This document shows, one piece after another, positions 46,732 through 55,581 of a stretch of DNA of 64,000 bases. This DNA is from Candidatus Bathyarchaeota archaeon (lineage in GTDB: Archaea > Thermoproteota > Bathyarchaeia > Bathyarchaeales > Bathycorpusculaceae). The notes below the pieces were generated by a model. It saw nothing but the letters and a program-made list of their open reading frames with translations, had not been told where the DNA came from and ran no database searches. The stretch lies in NCBI GenBank assembly GCA_018396675.1, contig JAGTQX010000004.1, positions 3,697-67,696 of the forward strand. The letters are read 5' to 3'. The first letter of the stretch is position 1. Each line of letters starts with the position of its first letter. The translations under genes were made by a program, and so were the position numbers.

Positions 46732-48282
46732 ATGCCCAAAAAACAAGAAACAACCGAAAAAACCGAATTAAAAGTAGTAATTGAAGAGAAAGGAAAAAGA
46801 CCAAACGTTTTCAGAGAAGTCTACCCAATACAAGAACCATACGTCTATGCCGCCATAGTTAAAGACCCGGAAACCCAAAAAACCCTATACGAAGTCATAG
46901 AGCCAACACTACAAAAAGAAGAGGAAGAACACCTAAAAGAAATAAAAAATCTTCTAATGGAAGAGATCGACGTAAACCTAAAAGAAATAGAAACAAAGGA
47001 AAAAGCCACACAATACCTTAAAGAAAAAGCCACACAAATAATAAAAAAGTACCATTTAAAAGTTCAGCCAGAATCCGTTGACAAACTACTGTACTACATA
47101 AATAGGGATTTCATAGGCTACGGAAAAATAGACCCACTAATGAGAGACCACCTAATTGAGGACATATCAGCCGATGGAGTAAAAATTCCCATCTATGTTT
47201 GGCATCGGTTATATGAATCACTTCCAACAAACATAATATTCGAAAACGAGTCTGAATTAAACTCCTTCATAATTAGGCTAGCCTATTTGGCAGGCAAAAA
47301 CATTTCAATAGCAGCGCCAATACTGGACGCGTCGCTACCAGATGGAAGCCGCATACAATTAACATACGGAAACGAAGTTACAAGAAGAGGCTCAACTTTC
47401 ACGATTCGCCGCTTCAGAGTTGACCCCCTAACAATTTCAGACCTCATTGCATTCAAAACACTCTCCCCAGACATGGCGGCATACCTGTGGTACATAATAG
47501 AAAACCGCGCATCCGTGCTCGTCGCCGGCGGCATCGCAGCTGGAAAAACAACCATGTTGAACTGTTTGTCCATGTTTATAAAACCGGAAATGAAAATAGT
47601 GAGTGTCGAAGATACGCAAGAACTTAATTTGCCGCATGAAAACTGGATCCCATCAGTTGTTAGAACTGGTTTTGGACATGAAGAAAAGGGAAGCGGGAGC
47701 ATAACCTTATTTGACCTTCTGAAAGCCGCTGTAAGACAAAGACCAGACTACATCATTGTTGGAGAAATCCGCGGAGAAGAAGCTTACACGCTTTTCCAAG
47801 CCATGGCAACTGGACACTTGGGAATGTGCACAATTCACGCAGAATCAGTGGAATCCGTGATAAACCGCCTCGAGTCAGAACCAATGAACATCCCAAGGTC
47901 CCTTGTAGCCATGATTGACGTGATAATGGTTATGGCCAGAACAGAGATTGAGGGAAAACCAGCAAGGCGCACCCTCACCGCCACAGAAGTTGTTGGAGTT
48001 GACGCGAATACAAAAAACCTTATGACAGAAGAGGTTTTCCATTGGAAACAGAGAGATGACCAGTTTGAATTTTTAGGCCACAGTGGACTTCTTGAGGAAC
48101 ACATGAATAAGAGCGGCAAAAGTGAAGACGAAGTTAGGCAAGAGCTTAACCGTAGAAAAACAGTTCTCGAATGGATGGTTCGAAAAGGCATACGCAAATA
48201 CACCGACGTGGCAAACGTCATCCGCGAATACTATGTCAACCCAAAACGTGTCTTCCAAAGAGCAAGGATGGGACTCAGATGA
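46732..48282 (+). CDS. Archaeal type IV filament assembly ATPase (FlaI/ArlI / TadA / GspE superfamily)
   Basis: Walker A VAGGIAAGKTTMLN, Asp box/Walker B RPDYIIVGEIRGEEA, His box ATGHLGMCTIHA, and the FlaI-like N-terminal domain. 516 aa. Confidence 0.9.
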   Translation: MPKKQETTEKTELKVVIEEKGKRPNVFREVYPIQEPYVYAAIVKDPETQKTLYEVIEPTLQKEEEEHLKEIKNLLMEEIDVNLKEIETKEKATQYLKEKATQIIKKYHLKVQPESVDKLLYYINRDFIGYGKIDPLMRDHLIEDISADGVKIPIYVWHRLYESLPTNIIFENESELNSFIIRLAYLAGKNISIAAPILDASLPDGSRIQLTYGNEVTRRGSTFTIRRFRVDPLTISDLIAFKTLSPDMAAYLWYIIENRASVLVAGGIAAGKTTMLNCLSMFIKPEMKIVSVEDTQELNLPHENWIPSVVRTGFGHEEKGSGSITLFDLLKAAVRQRPDYIIVGEIRGEEAYTLFQAMATGHLGMCTIHAESVESVINRLESEPMNIPRSLVAMIDVIMVMARTEIEGKPARRTLTATEVVGVDANTKNLMTEEVFHWKQRDDQFEFLGHSGLLEEHMNKSGKSEDEVRQELNRRKTVLEWMVRKGIRKYTDVANVIREYYVNPKRVFQRARMGLR

Positions 48283-49271
48283 GAGAGAAAAAAATTTCTG
48301 ACGTAATAAAAAAGACTTGGAAGGACACTATTTCGAAACTGAGCAGCTTTGTTCAGAAAGCAAGCAACGGAAAAACTGGCGATGAAGTCAAAAACGGAAG
48401 CTTGCAATCCTTGGCTTATAAACTTATAGGGGGAAAGATAAACCGTTTTTTACCGTTATTTCAGGATTTAGACACGCATTTACAGAGGGCAAGTCTAAAA
48501 ACCAGTTTCAAAGTTTACATTAGTCTAACACTTTTTTCAACAATTTTAATCACAATCGCAATGTTGGTTTCGATTCCATGCATTCTTATGTTTATATTTA
48601 ACTTGCCAGTCTTACCTGCATTCCTGTTCGGTTTAGGTGGAAGCCTCTTCACCGTCGCCTTTTCAGTCATCGGGTTTTACATTTACCCAGTTTACCGCGC
48701 CGATAAACTGCAAAGAGAGTTGGATGACGAGTTAGCCTTCGCAACTGGCTACATGTCCATCCTCGCAAACGCCGGTGTTTCTCCAGAGAAAATTTTCCAT
48801 TCACTTTCCAACCTTCCCATGCCTTTAGCGATTTCTGCAGAGGCAAAGGACGTCATAAGAGACGTGAACCTCTTCGGTTTAGACATAATCTCTGCTTTGG
48901 AACGCGCCTCGAAGCATACGCCTTCGGAAAGATTCCGCGAAGTATTGGAAGGGTTCATTTCAACAATTCATTCAGGAAGCAACCTAGCCGCATATTTACG
49001 GGAAAAATCCAAACAACACATGAAACTTAAGCGAATAAGCCTCCGCAAATTTTCAGATACTTTATCTATACTTTCGGAGTTTTATGTGGCAATACTTGTA
49101 ACTGGACCGTTACTTCTCATAATAATGCTTGCAGTCATGGCAATGATGGGAGGCGGCAATCTTGGACCGTTAGGTCCAGACCTACTGCTCAACATCCTCA
49201 CATACATCGCAATTCCCATAGGCTCAATAATGTTCCTAATAATCCTAGACGCGGCCTCGCCAAAGTGGTAG
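48279..49271 (+). CDS. Type IV filament membrane platform protein, single T2SSF domain (TadB/FlaJ-N-like)
   Basis: FATGYMSILANAGVSPEKIF..DVIRDVNLFGLDIISALERA..FISTIHSGSNLAAYL, followed by TM helices, is a T2SSF/FlaJ-type repeat. The ATG at 48279 overlaps the ATPase stop (ATGA). The 48171 start is unlikely. Confidence 0.8.
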   Translation: MREKKISDVIKKTWKDTISKLSSFVQKASNGKTGDEVKNGSLQSLAYKLIGGKINRFLPLFQDLDTHLQRASLKTSFKVYISLTLFSTILITIAMLVSIPCILMFIFNLPVLPAFLFGLGGSLFTVAFSVIGFYIYPVYRADKLQRELDDELAFATGYMSILANAGVSPEKIFHSLSNLPMPLAISAEAKDVIRDVNLFGLDIISALERASKHTPSERFREVLEGFISTIHSGSNLAAYLREKSKQHMKLKRISLRKFSDTLSILSEFYVAILVTGPLLLIIMLAVMAMMGGGNLGPLGPDLLLNILTYIAIPIGSIMFLIILDAASPKW

Positions 49272-50093
49272 ATGCAAATGCCAAAAATAGAAAAACCCTT
49301 AAAAAAAATCGTCTGGATTGCTTCTGCCACTTTAGCGTTAGCCATAATACTTTTAGGGTTTTTCACAGTTTGGGGAACCACGTTTTTTGATGAATACGTG
49401 TTTTTCGCCATCATAACCGCTTTCACCCCACCAACGGTGCTGAATTATGTGGATTACCGTTGGAGAAGAGCAGTTGACGAACACTTACCAGACCTATTCA
49501 GAAGTATAGTGCAGGCGCAGGAGACCGGCATGACGTTACCTCGTGCTTTAGAGGAAGCGTCAAAGAGAGATTATGGACCTTTAACGGCTGAACTGCGAAA
49601 AATGAATGCTCAAATTTCATGGGGAATGACGCTGGAAGAGGCGCTGGTGGCTTTTGCCAAACGTGTAAACACCATTCTGGTGCAGAGAACCGTCCCACTA
49701 ATAATCGAGGCAAATCGTTCAGGCGGACATGTAGAAAAAGTGTTTGACCCGATGGGCAAGTTCGTCCAGTCAACGCTTCTAATTCATAAAGAGCGGCGAA
49801 ACCAGACTAGGCCGTACATAGCGATAATTTACGTAGCCTTCTTTGTCTTCATATTCACAATCATACTGTTATTCAAATCATTCTTCGTGGACATAGAAGG
49901 CTTGCCGCTGCTTGGCGCAGCAATAATGGAGCCAACGGAAATAAGACAGCTCTTCTTTCACATGACGATAATTCAGGGCTTTTTCGGCGGTTTAGTTGCG
50001 GGAAAAATGAGCGAAGGAACCGTTAACGCTGGGTTAAAACATAGCATAGTGCTGATGGTCTGCGGTTACTTGGCAATAAAATTTTTCATTTGA
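49272..50093 (+). CDS. Type IV filament membrane platform protein, single T2SSF domain (TadC/FlaJ-C-like)
   Basis: HLPDLFRSIVQAQETGMTLPRALEEA..ISWGMTLEEALVAFAKR..IIEANRSGGHVEKV plus TM helices. It starts directly after the upstream stop (TAGATG). Confidence 0.8.
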   Translation: MQMPKIEKPLKKIVWIASATLALAIILLGFFTVWGTTFFDEYVFFAIITAFTPPTVLNYVDYRWRRAVDEHLPDLFRSIVQAQETGMTLPRALEEASKRDYGPLTAELRKMNAQISWGMTLEEALVAFAKRVNTILVQRTVPLIIEANRSGGHVEKVFDPMGKFVQSTLLIHKERRNQTRPYIAIIYVAFFVFIFTIILLFKSFFVDIEGLPLLGAAIMEPTEIRQLFFHMTIIQGFFGGLVAGKMSEGTVNAGLKHSIVLMVCGYLAIKFFI

Positions 50094-50110
50094 CGGGAGA
50101 CGGGAGGCGA

Positions 50111-50536
50111 ATGGCGATGTGGAAACTTGTCCGTAATAAGCGTGGTGTGACGCCCGTTTTGAGTAATCTTCTTCTGATGGTTGTTGCCGTAGCCGCTATG
50201 TCAATTGCGGCAGTATCAACTTACGTTATAACAACAAACCTTCGCGAAACCATGGGCGAACGCTTGATTATAGAAGATGTTTGGTTCAACAATGCAACCG
50301 CTATGGGCGAGCAGCAGATAAGCGTTTACATACGCAATGTTGGAAAAGTGTCCATAAGCATTTCAACGGTTTACGTGAACCACACCCGTCGTCAGCCATC
50401 CCAAAAGCTAGAGTTGGGTTTAGAGGATCATGGATGGCTCAACATCACCTACAGTTGGGAACACAACAGCCTCTACTATTTGGAGATAGTTACAACGAGG
50501 GGAACACATGTCGGAGGCTATTATAAGGCACCTTAA
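50111..50536 (+). CDS. Archaeal type IV pilin (class III signal peptide, DUF1628-like N-terminus)
   Basis: MAMWKLVRNKRG/VTPVLSNLLLMVVAVAAMSIAAV is a textbook prepilin-peptidase site (K-R-G then a hydrophobic helix). A small beta-rich globular part follows. GGGAGG lies upstream of the ATG at 50111. Confidence 0.75.
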   Translation: MAMWKLVRNKRGVTPVLSNLLLMVVAVAAMSIAAVSTYVITTNLRETMGERLIIEDVWFNNATAMGEQQISVYIRNVGKVSISISTVYVNHTRRQPSQKLELGLEDHGWLNITYSWEHNSLYYLEIVTTRGTHVGGYYKAP

Positions 50537-52349
50537 AAAGTTAAGGCACAACAGACGCGGGATAAGCAACGTGCTAGTTGTAATGCTGAGCCTCGTCCTT
50601 GTAGTAGTGATAGTCGCGAATGTTATACTCTGGAGCTATCAAATGAGCCAACTAGACATTGAAAGAATGCAAGAATCTCTAAGTATCACAAACGCCACAA
50701 GAATAACTCACTCAGCATGGTTCGCAGCCCAGAACGAATTTTCGATAATAACGGGAAGCAGAATAGGCGGTTCTTATTTAGATACCAAAAATGTGGATGA
50801 TTTTCAAGAAACTTTTAGAGAAGAATTTCCTTCTACCCATTATAATCCTTCAGACTACATTCTAGGAAGTTCCACTAAACTTGTTTCTGGCACAATAACG
50901 GACGTCCAAACAGATAACGATGTATACATGCAATTTGAAAGCTACCCATCTGCGTTCTCGAGCACTACTGAAATCTTTGGAAATAACGTTGCTGGAACAA
51001 GTTACCGTGGCACGGTAAACACCATTGTCGGCTCAGTCTTCACCCCAACAAAGGATGGGGAGGCGCAGAGCATCACGATATATGTTCGTGTAACATATAG
51101 CTCCAAAAATATGAGGTGCGCAATCTACTTGCACAGCAACTTAAGCTTAATAGCACAAACAGAAGAAAGAACCGTTCAAACAGGTACTGCATGGGTAACG
51201 TTCAATTTTAACACGCTTAGACCAGTGCTTAGAGCGGGCACCGAATATTTGCTTGTTGCTTGGGCGCGGTCTTCTAGTGGCGGAAACGCAAATTTGTACT
51301 ACACCTCTGGAGCGCAATATCAAGGGCACTATGTAAGCTCAACTTATGGATCAAGTTTCCCGAATCCAATGCCGAATCCTACTCATGAGTCTAGGGCATA
51401 TTGTATTTACTGCACTTTTAAGCCTGCTGTTGAAGAGAAGATTGAAATTGAATTTACCGGAACAGCAGACACGCAGTCTTGGACAAACCTAACATGGTCA
51501 GTGAATAACTGCTTCACAACTGATGAGGTGACAACGACTTATCAGCTCTACAATTACCAAACAGGTGAGTACCCTGCGAGTGGAGACGGATATAAAGACG
51601 CAATAATTGGAACAGCGGAAGACAACATTACACAATCAATAACCAGCAATCCCATGAATTTTAAGGATGCTGAAGGTAACTGGAAAATGAAAATAACTGG
51701 AACAAAGGCAACATCAGCGCCATTCAATTTTAAAGTCGACTTTATAGAGCTTGAGGCTGTGCTGTCAAACGTTTATCAGCTTGAAATCTGCAACCTTTTT
51801 GCAGTGGACTTATCGAGGTACCCTTTGAGCTACATGTATGGCATCGAAATAATGGTAAGATATAATGTTTCAGAAGAGGCTAAACGCTGGTTTATAGAAG
51901 CGTATGACTGGGCTTCTGCAAGCTTTAACGATGCGGGCTTCAATAATACTGGAGGGAGCCAGCCCATACCTAATGAGTGGAACGAGTATACTGTGAGCGT
52001 AGCTGAAAACTGGATGAGCTACATAGATAGTGAGGGAGTAATTCAAATAAAGTTCAGCAGCGAAAAAACAAGCGAGAACCAAACGCTAGTAAATATAGAT
52101 TTCATTGGAGTACGCGCCATCCTTAATGGTGCATGCTTAGACATAAAAAATGGTGGCGCATTAACAACTCATATAGTCTCGATATGGGTTATCAACTCAA
52201 CGTATCATAAACGTTATGATGCAGACTTCTTCATAAACTCCGGAGAAAGCGCAGAATACATTAGATTAGATATAGATTTAACTTCCGAAGACTTTAAAGT
52301 CAAAGTTGTTACTGAAAGGGGAAACATAGCTGTCTTTTCAAGCAGTTAG
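50508..52349 (+). CDS. Large pilin-like protein (class III signal peptide plus ~570-aa extracellular region)
   Basis: LRHNRRG/ISNVLVVMLSLVLVVVIVANV is a class III signal. The remainder is beta-rich and Ser/Thr/Asn/Tyr-rich. It overlaps the small pilin gene by 29 nt. Confidence 0.65.
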   Translation: MSEAIIRHLKKLRHNRRGISNVLVVMLSLVLVVVIVANVILWSYQMSQLDIERMQESLSITNATRITHSAWFAAQNEFSIITGSRIGGSYLDTKNVDDFQETFREEFPSTHYNPSDYILGSSTKLVSGTITDVQTDNDVYMQFESYPSAFSSTTEIFGNNVAGTSYRGTVNTIVGSVFTPTKDGEAQSITIYVRVTYSSKNMRCAIYLHSNLSLIAQTEERTVQTGTAWVTFNFNTLRPVLRAGTEYLLVAWARSSSGGNANLYYTSGAQYQGHYVSSTYGSSFPNPMPNPTHESRAYCIYCTFKPAVEEKIEIEFTGTADTQSWTNLTWSVNNCFTTDEVTTTYQLYNYQTGEYPASGDGYKDAIIGTAEDNITQSITSNPMNFKDAEGNWKMKITGTKATSAPFNFKVDFIELEAVLSNVYQLEICNLFAVDLSRYPLSYMYGIEIMVRYNVSEEAKRWFIEAYDWASASFNDAGFNNTGGSQPIPNEWNEYTVSVAENWMSYIDSEGVIQIKFSSEKTSENQTLVNIDFIGVRAILNGACLDIKNGGALTTHIVSIWVINSTYHKRYDADFFINSGESAEYIRLDIDLTSEDFKVKVVTERGNIAVFSSS

Positions 52350-53428
52350 CGCTTTCGACTATTTTTTGCTAGCTCTTCTTTGAAAGTTTTCATCACTTCT
52401 TTGGCGTCTCTAGCCTCCACAACTTTGATGTTGTAGAGTTCAGCCATTTTTTTGGCGTTTTCGCTTAATTTTGGGATGGCAATTAGGTAGGCATTTTCAG
52501 GCGAAACGTCATATATCTTCGCGAACAGGGCGATTACTGGCTGTTCGGAAACTGCGTTTTCCGTAGCGATTGACACATCCATTACGGTTAATTTTTTTGT
52601 TTGCTCTTTTCGGTAAGCGGCTATGTCAAACATGTGATTTGCTCCAGATTTGCCCTTCAGAAAGGCTGGAGCCTCAACTTCGAATCCGTTTTCAACGAGA
52701 AAAGCCTTTATTGGAGCCGCGAAAATCCAGCTAGCGGCTATTTCGTCTTTAACCTCTTCGTTTAGGCTATAAGAGTACACGTCTTTGATTTCTGTATCTT
52801 CAAACGTGAATTCAGCTTGACAGTTTCTGCAAAAGTGTCGGGTAACTGGAATGTCAAAGCTTTTGCCACAGTCTTTACAGGTGCACCATATTCCAGCTTT
52901 CCTATAGTCAACATCGAGCCTTTTCATTTCTTCACGACATTTTGGACAGACAAGCTTTTCTCCTTTGCGAAAGTTTTCTTCTACATCCATATAGCCGCAT
53001 TTAACATGCTCAATTAATGAACCCTTATGAATGTTGAAAGACTTACAGTATGGGCAACAGTAATGTGTTGAAACGTTTTGTGAGTTGCAACTGGGGCAGT
53101 ATATGACTTTGTCGTAGAGTTTTCTTTCAATTATGCCAGAAGCACAAAGCCTATCCAGAAAGTCTTCAACGTTTTCAGCTTCTCCTAAAATAGCCTCAAC
53201 TTCAGGGTATCGATACCCAAGTTTCGGGTCGAAAACAGGTTTGAGCTCATTCAGTTCTCCGCTTAAAAATTTGCTTAAGAAAACTTGCACGCTTTTTTCC
53301 TTATACAGTTCTACCCTTTCAGACTTTCCCGTCTTAAGCATAGAATTCCCATGCCGCGTTTTCTCGAAGTTAAACCATTTAAAGGCTACACACTTATTAA
53401 TAAGATTTCTACTGTTAAAACTTTCCAT
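52346..53428 (-). CDS. Putative regulator: wHTH-like segment, multiple Zn-ribbons and a C-terminal alpha/beta domain
   Basis: VEDFLDRLCASGIIERK is followed by CPSC..CCPYC, C..CPKC and CKDC..CRNC pairs. The C-terminal ~130 aa have no recognised motif. The start may be the ATG at 53341. Function is inferred from architecture only. Confidence 0.45.
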   Translation of the reverse strand: MESFNSRNLINKCVAFKWFNFEKTRHGNSMLKTGKSERVELYKEKSVQVFLSKFLSGELNELKPVFDPKLGYRYPEVEAILGEAENVEDFLDRLCASGIIERKLYDKVIYCPSCNSQNVSTHYCCPYCKSFNIHKGSLIEHVKCGYMDVEENFRKGEKLVCPKCREEMKRLDVDYRKAGIWCTCKDCGKSFDIPVTRHFCRNCQAEFTFEDTEIKDVYSYSLNEEVKDEIAASWIFAAPIKAFLVENGFEVEAPAFLKGKSGANHMFDIAAYRKEQTKKLTVMDVSIATENAVSEQPVIALFAKIYDVSPENAYLIAIPKLSENAKKMAELYNIKVVEARDAKEVMKTFKEELAKNSRKR

Positions 53429-53467
53429 GAAAACCAGAAGTAAACGGGAAAAGTTTAAAGCTTCGCC

Positions 53468-53656
53468 ATGTTCTCTGGTTTTGAGAAGGTGAAAAAGGTG
53501 AGTGGCAAAACAAGAAATCTTGCACGCTGCCCAAAATGTGGCTTTTCATTTGACATCTCGTATGGTAGAGCCTTCGCTTGTTCTGGATGCCCATCAAACG
53601 TGCAATGCAGTTATGCCAAATGTCCAAAGTGCGGAAACGAATTTCCACTACATTAG
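53468..53656 (+). CDS. Small Zn-ribbon protein (62 aa)
   Basis: CPKCGFSF...CSGC...CPKCGNEF. It is divergent from the putative regulator. Confidence 0.35.
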   Translation: MFSGFEKVKKVSGKTRNLARCPKCGFSFDISYGRAFACSGCPSNVQCSYAKCPKCGNEFPLH

Positions 53657-53778
53657 CTCCCCGGCTGTAGTGTTCCGCAAAGGACGATTTGAAAGTTTAA
53701 AAGTGTTATAGGAACAGTCATGTTTTTTAACTTGAATTTTCATATTCATGAGACACTGGCGTTAATGATGGTGGTTGT

Positions 53779-54639
53779 TTGTCAACTCAAAAAGCTCCTA
53801 AAGGTTTAGCTCCTCGTTGGGCAAACTTGAAAGGGTTAACAACAATTTTGATTTTCATCATAATTTCCGCACTGCTTGAATACGTGATTGTCATTTACGC
53901 CATAAGTCTTGGAGTTAAAGACGAGAATCCTCTACAATGGAGTTTCCAGTTTCCAGGAACCGATTGGACAGCAACGATTGCTGTGAGTCCACTATTCCAC
54001 CTAGTTCCAATAACAGTGATAATAGCATTAGTTTTTAGTTGGATTTGCTTAAGTAAATACTTGGCAACAAGACCACGAGAAAAAATGAGTGCTCAAAAAA
54101 AGAGCCAACCATCAAAAGGTGTAAGCGGTGCAGTTGGAAGCTTTTTTGGAAAATTAAAATTGAAACTGTTCAAAGTGAAAGGAGTTGAATACTTACGGAA
54201 CAAGACAACTACAGCAAGAGTGACTGTAAAAAGTGCCTTGACAATATTTCTGGTTTTTTCGGCATTAACCCTTCTGTTTTCCGTTCTGGCTTTTCCAGAA
54301 CTAGTTTACCAAACTTTTGTGAACCTTTACCAGAGCAATCCTTCACTTCTTGAGTTTGTGAAGGCAACAAACAGCGCCACAAAAGGTTTGGTGGAGGCGC
54401 TTGCCCCAATAGGATGGGTTTGCACAGCCATATACAACGCTTTAGCCGCGTCTGCTTCTGGTTTAAGATGGTTTGTTTCAGCTCTGGGAAGCGTAACAAA
54501 ACCTTTAGCTGAATCTTCACCAGCAAGCAAATATTTGGCTTTCCAGAACATTGCGGTTTGGATTTCAGCTTTTTCAGTGCTTTTTTATGGCATGTTAACG
54601 CGAAAAAGTTATCGCCACATTAGGGCAAAAAGAAGTTAG
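53779..54639 (+). CDS. Integral membrane protein, function unknown
   Basis: Several long hydrophobic segments (LTTILIFIIISALLEYVIVIYAI, VPITVIIALVFSWICL, LTIFLVFSALTLLFSVLAF, NIAVWISAFSVLFYGML). TTG start. No family recognised. Confidence 0.4.
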   Translation: MSTQKAPKGLAPRWANLKGLTTILIFIIISALLEYVIVIYAISLGVKDENPLQWSFQFPGTDWTATIAVSPLFHLVPITVIIALVFSWICLSKYLATRPREKMSAQKKSQPSKGVSGAVGSFFGKLKLKLFKVKGVEYLRNKTTTARVTVKSALTIFLVFSALTLLFSVLAFPELVYQTFVNLYQSNPSLLEFVKATNSATKGLVEALAPIGWVCTAIYNALAASASGLRWFVSALGSVTKPLAESSPASKYLAFQNIAVWISAFSVLFYGMLTRKSYRHIRAKRS

Positions 54640-54650
54640 AGGCTTTATGA

Positions 54651-55517
54651 ATGGCTGACCGCCCAAGGTTCGGCCCGGCAGGGGTGCCCCCAACTTTCAG
54701 GATTATGAATGCAACTCTAGCTGATGTTCCGAGGCTTCTGCGAGAAGAAGGATTAGACGCTTTTGAATATCAAGCGGTTCGTTGGGGTTCAAAACCGCAG
54801 ATGAGAAAGGAAGAAGCTGAAAAATTGGGTTTGAAAGCGAGAGAAAACGATGTTTTGCTTAGCCTACACGGTTCATATTTTATAAACTTCTGTGGCGATA
54901 AGGAAACTGTTGAAGCGAGCAAAGACCGCCTTATAGCATGTGCAACGGCTTCAGAGTGGATGGGCGCCCAGACAGTCGTTTTCCATCCTGGTTTTTATGG
55001 AAAAAAATCGCCGAAAGAAATTTTTAAAGAATGTCTAGAAGCGTTAAAAGATGTTGTGGAAAGACTGAAAACAATCGGCGTTAGACACGTGAAACTTGGC
55101 CCAGAAACAATGGGTAAACCATCCCAGTTTGGGAGCCTAGAGGAAGTCTTGGCTTTATGCGAAAGCGCAGAGCAGATGCAACCTGTAATAGATTGGGCGC
55201 ATTTGCATGCCCGTGATAGAGGACGCTTCAAGACAATTGAAGATTTTCGCAACGTTGCTGAAACAGTTGAGAAACGTTTGGGAACAGAGGCCGTCAAAAA
55301 CATGCACTGCCACTTCACGAAGGTTGAGTTCACGGATAAAGGAGAAAAATGTCACCATACTCTGGAAGAGGCGGGTTACGGGCCGGACTTCACAATGCTT
55401 GCAAAAGTTATAGCGGAATTTAAGCTTAACCCAGTCATAATAAGTGAAAGCCCAATTTTAGACATTGATGCGATAAAAATGCGGGAAATCCTCAAAAAAG
55501 AAATGGGATTGGACTAG
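54651..55517 (+). CDS. Xylose-isomerase-like TIM-barrel protein (endonuclease IV / AP endonuclease family 2-like)
   Basis: FGPAGVP, LSLHGSYFINF, VVFHPG, LGPETMG and IDWAHLHA follow the Nfo-type metal-ligand pattern. Confidence 0.6.
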   Translation: MADRPRFGPAGVPPTFRIMNATLADVPRLLREEGLDAFEYQAVRWGSKPQMRKEEAEKLGLKARENDVLLSLHGSYFINFCGDKETVEASKDRLIACATASEWMGAQTVVFHPGFYGKKSPKEIFKECLEALKDVVERLKTIGVRHVKLGPETMGKPSQFGSLEEVLALCESAEQMQPVIDWAHLHARDRGRFKTIEDFRNVAETVEKRLGTEAVKNMHCHFTKVEFTDKGEKCHHTLEEAGYGPDFTMLAKVIAEFKLNPVIISESPILDIDAIKMREILKKEMGLD

Positions 55518-55581
55518 AATTCGACGAGCGTTTTGGATGCGATACCTTTTTCTGCAAAGCTTACGTGCTCTGTATTGGTGA

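Noticed and set aside
48171-48278. Upstream extensions of the platform gene (48171), the PfkB kinase (2186), AOR (10821) and the second moeA (56804).
   Set aside because: The extensions overlap the preceding genes in another frame and encode basic or Cys-rich junk. Internal ATG or TTG starts give the classic ATGA or short-overlap operon junctions.
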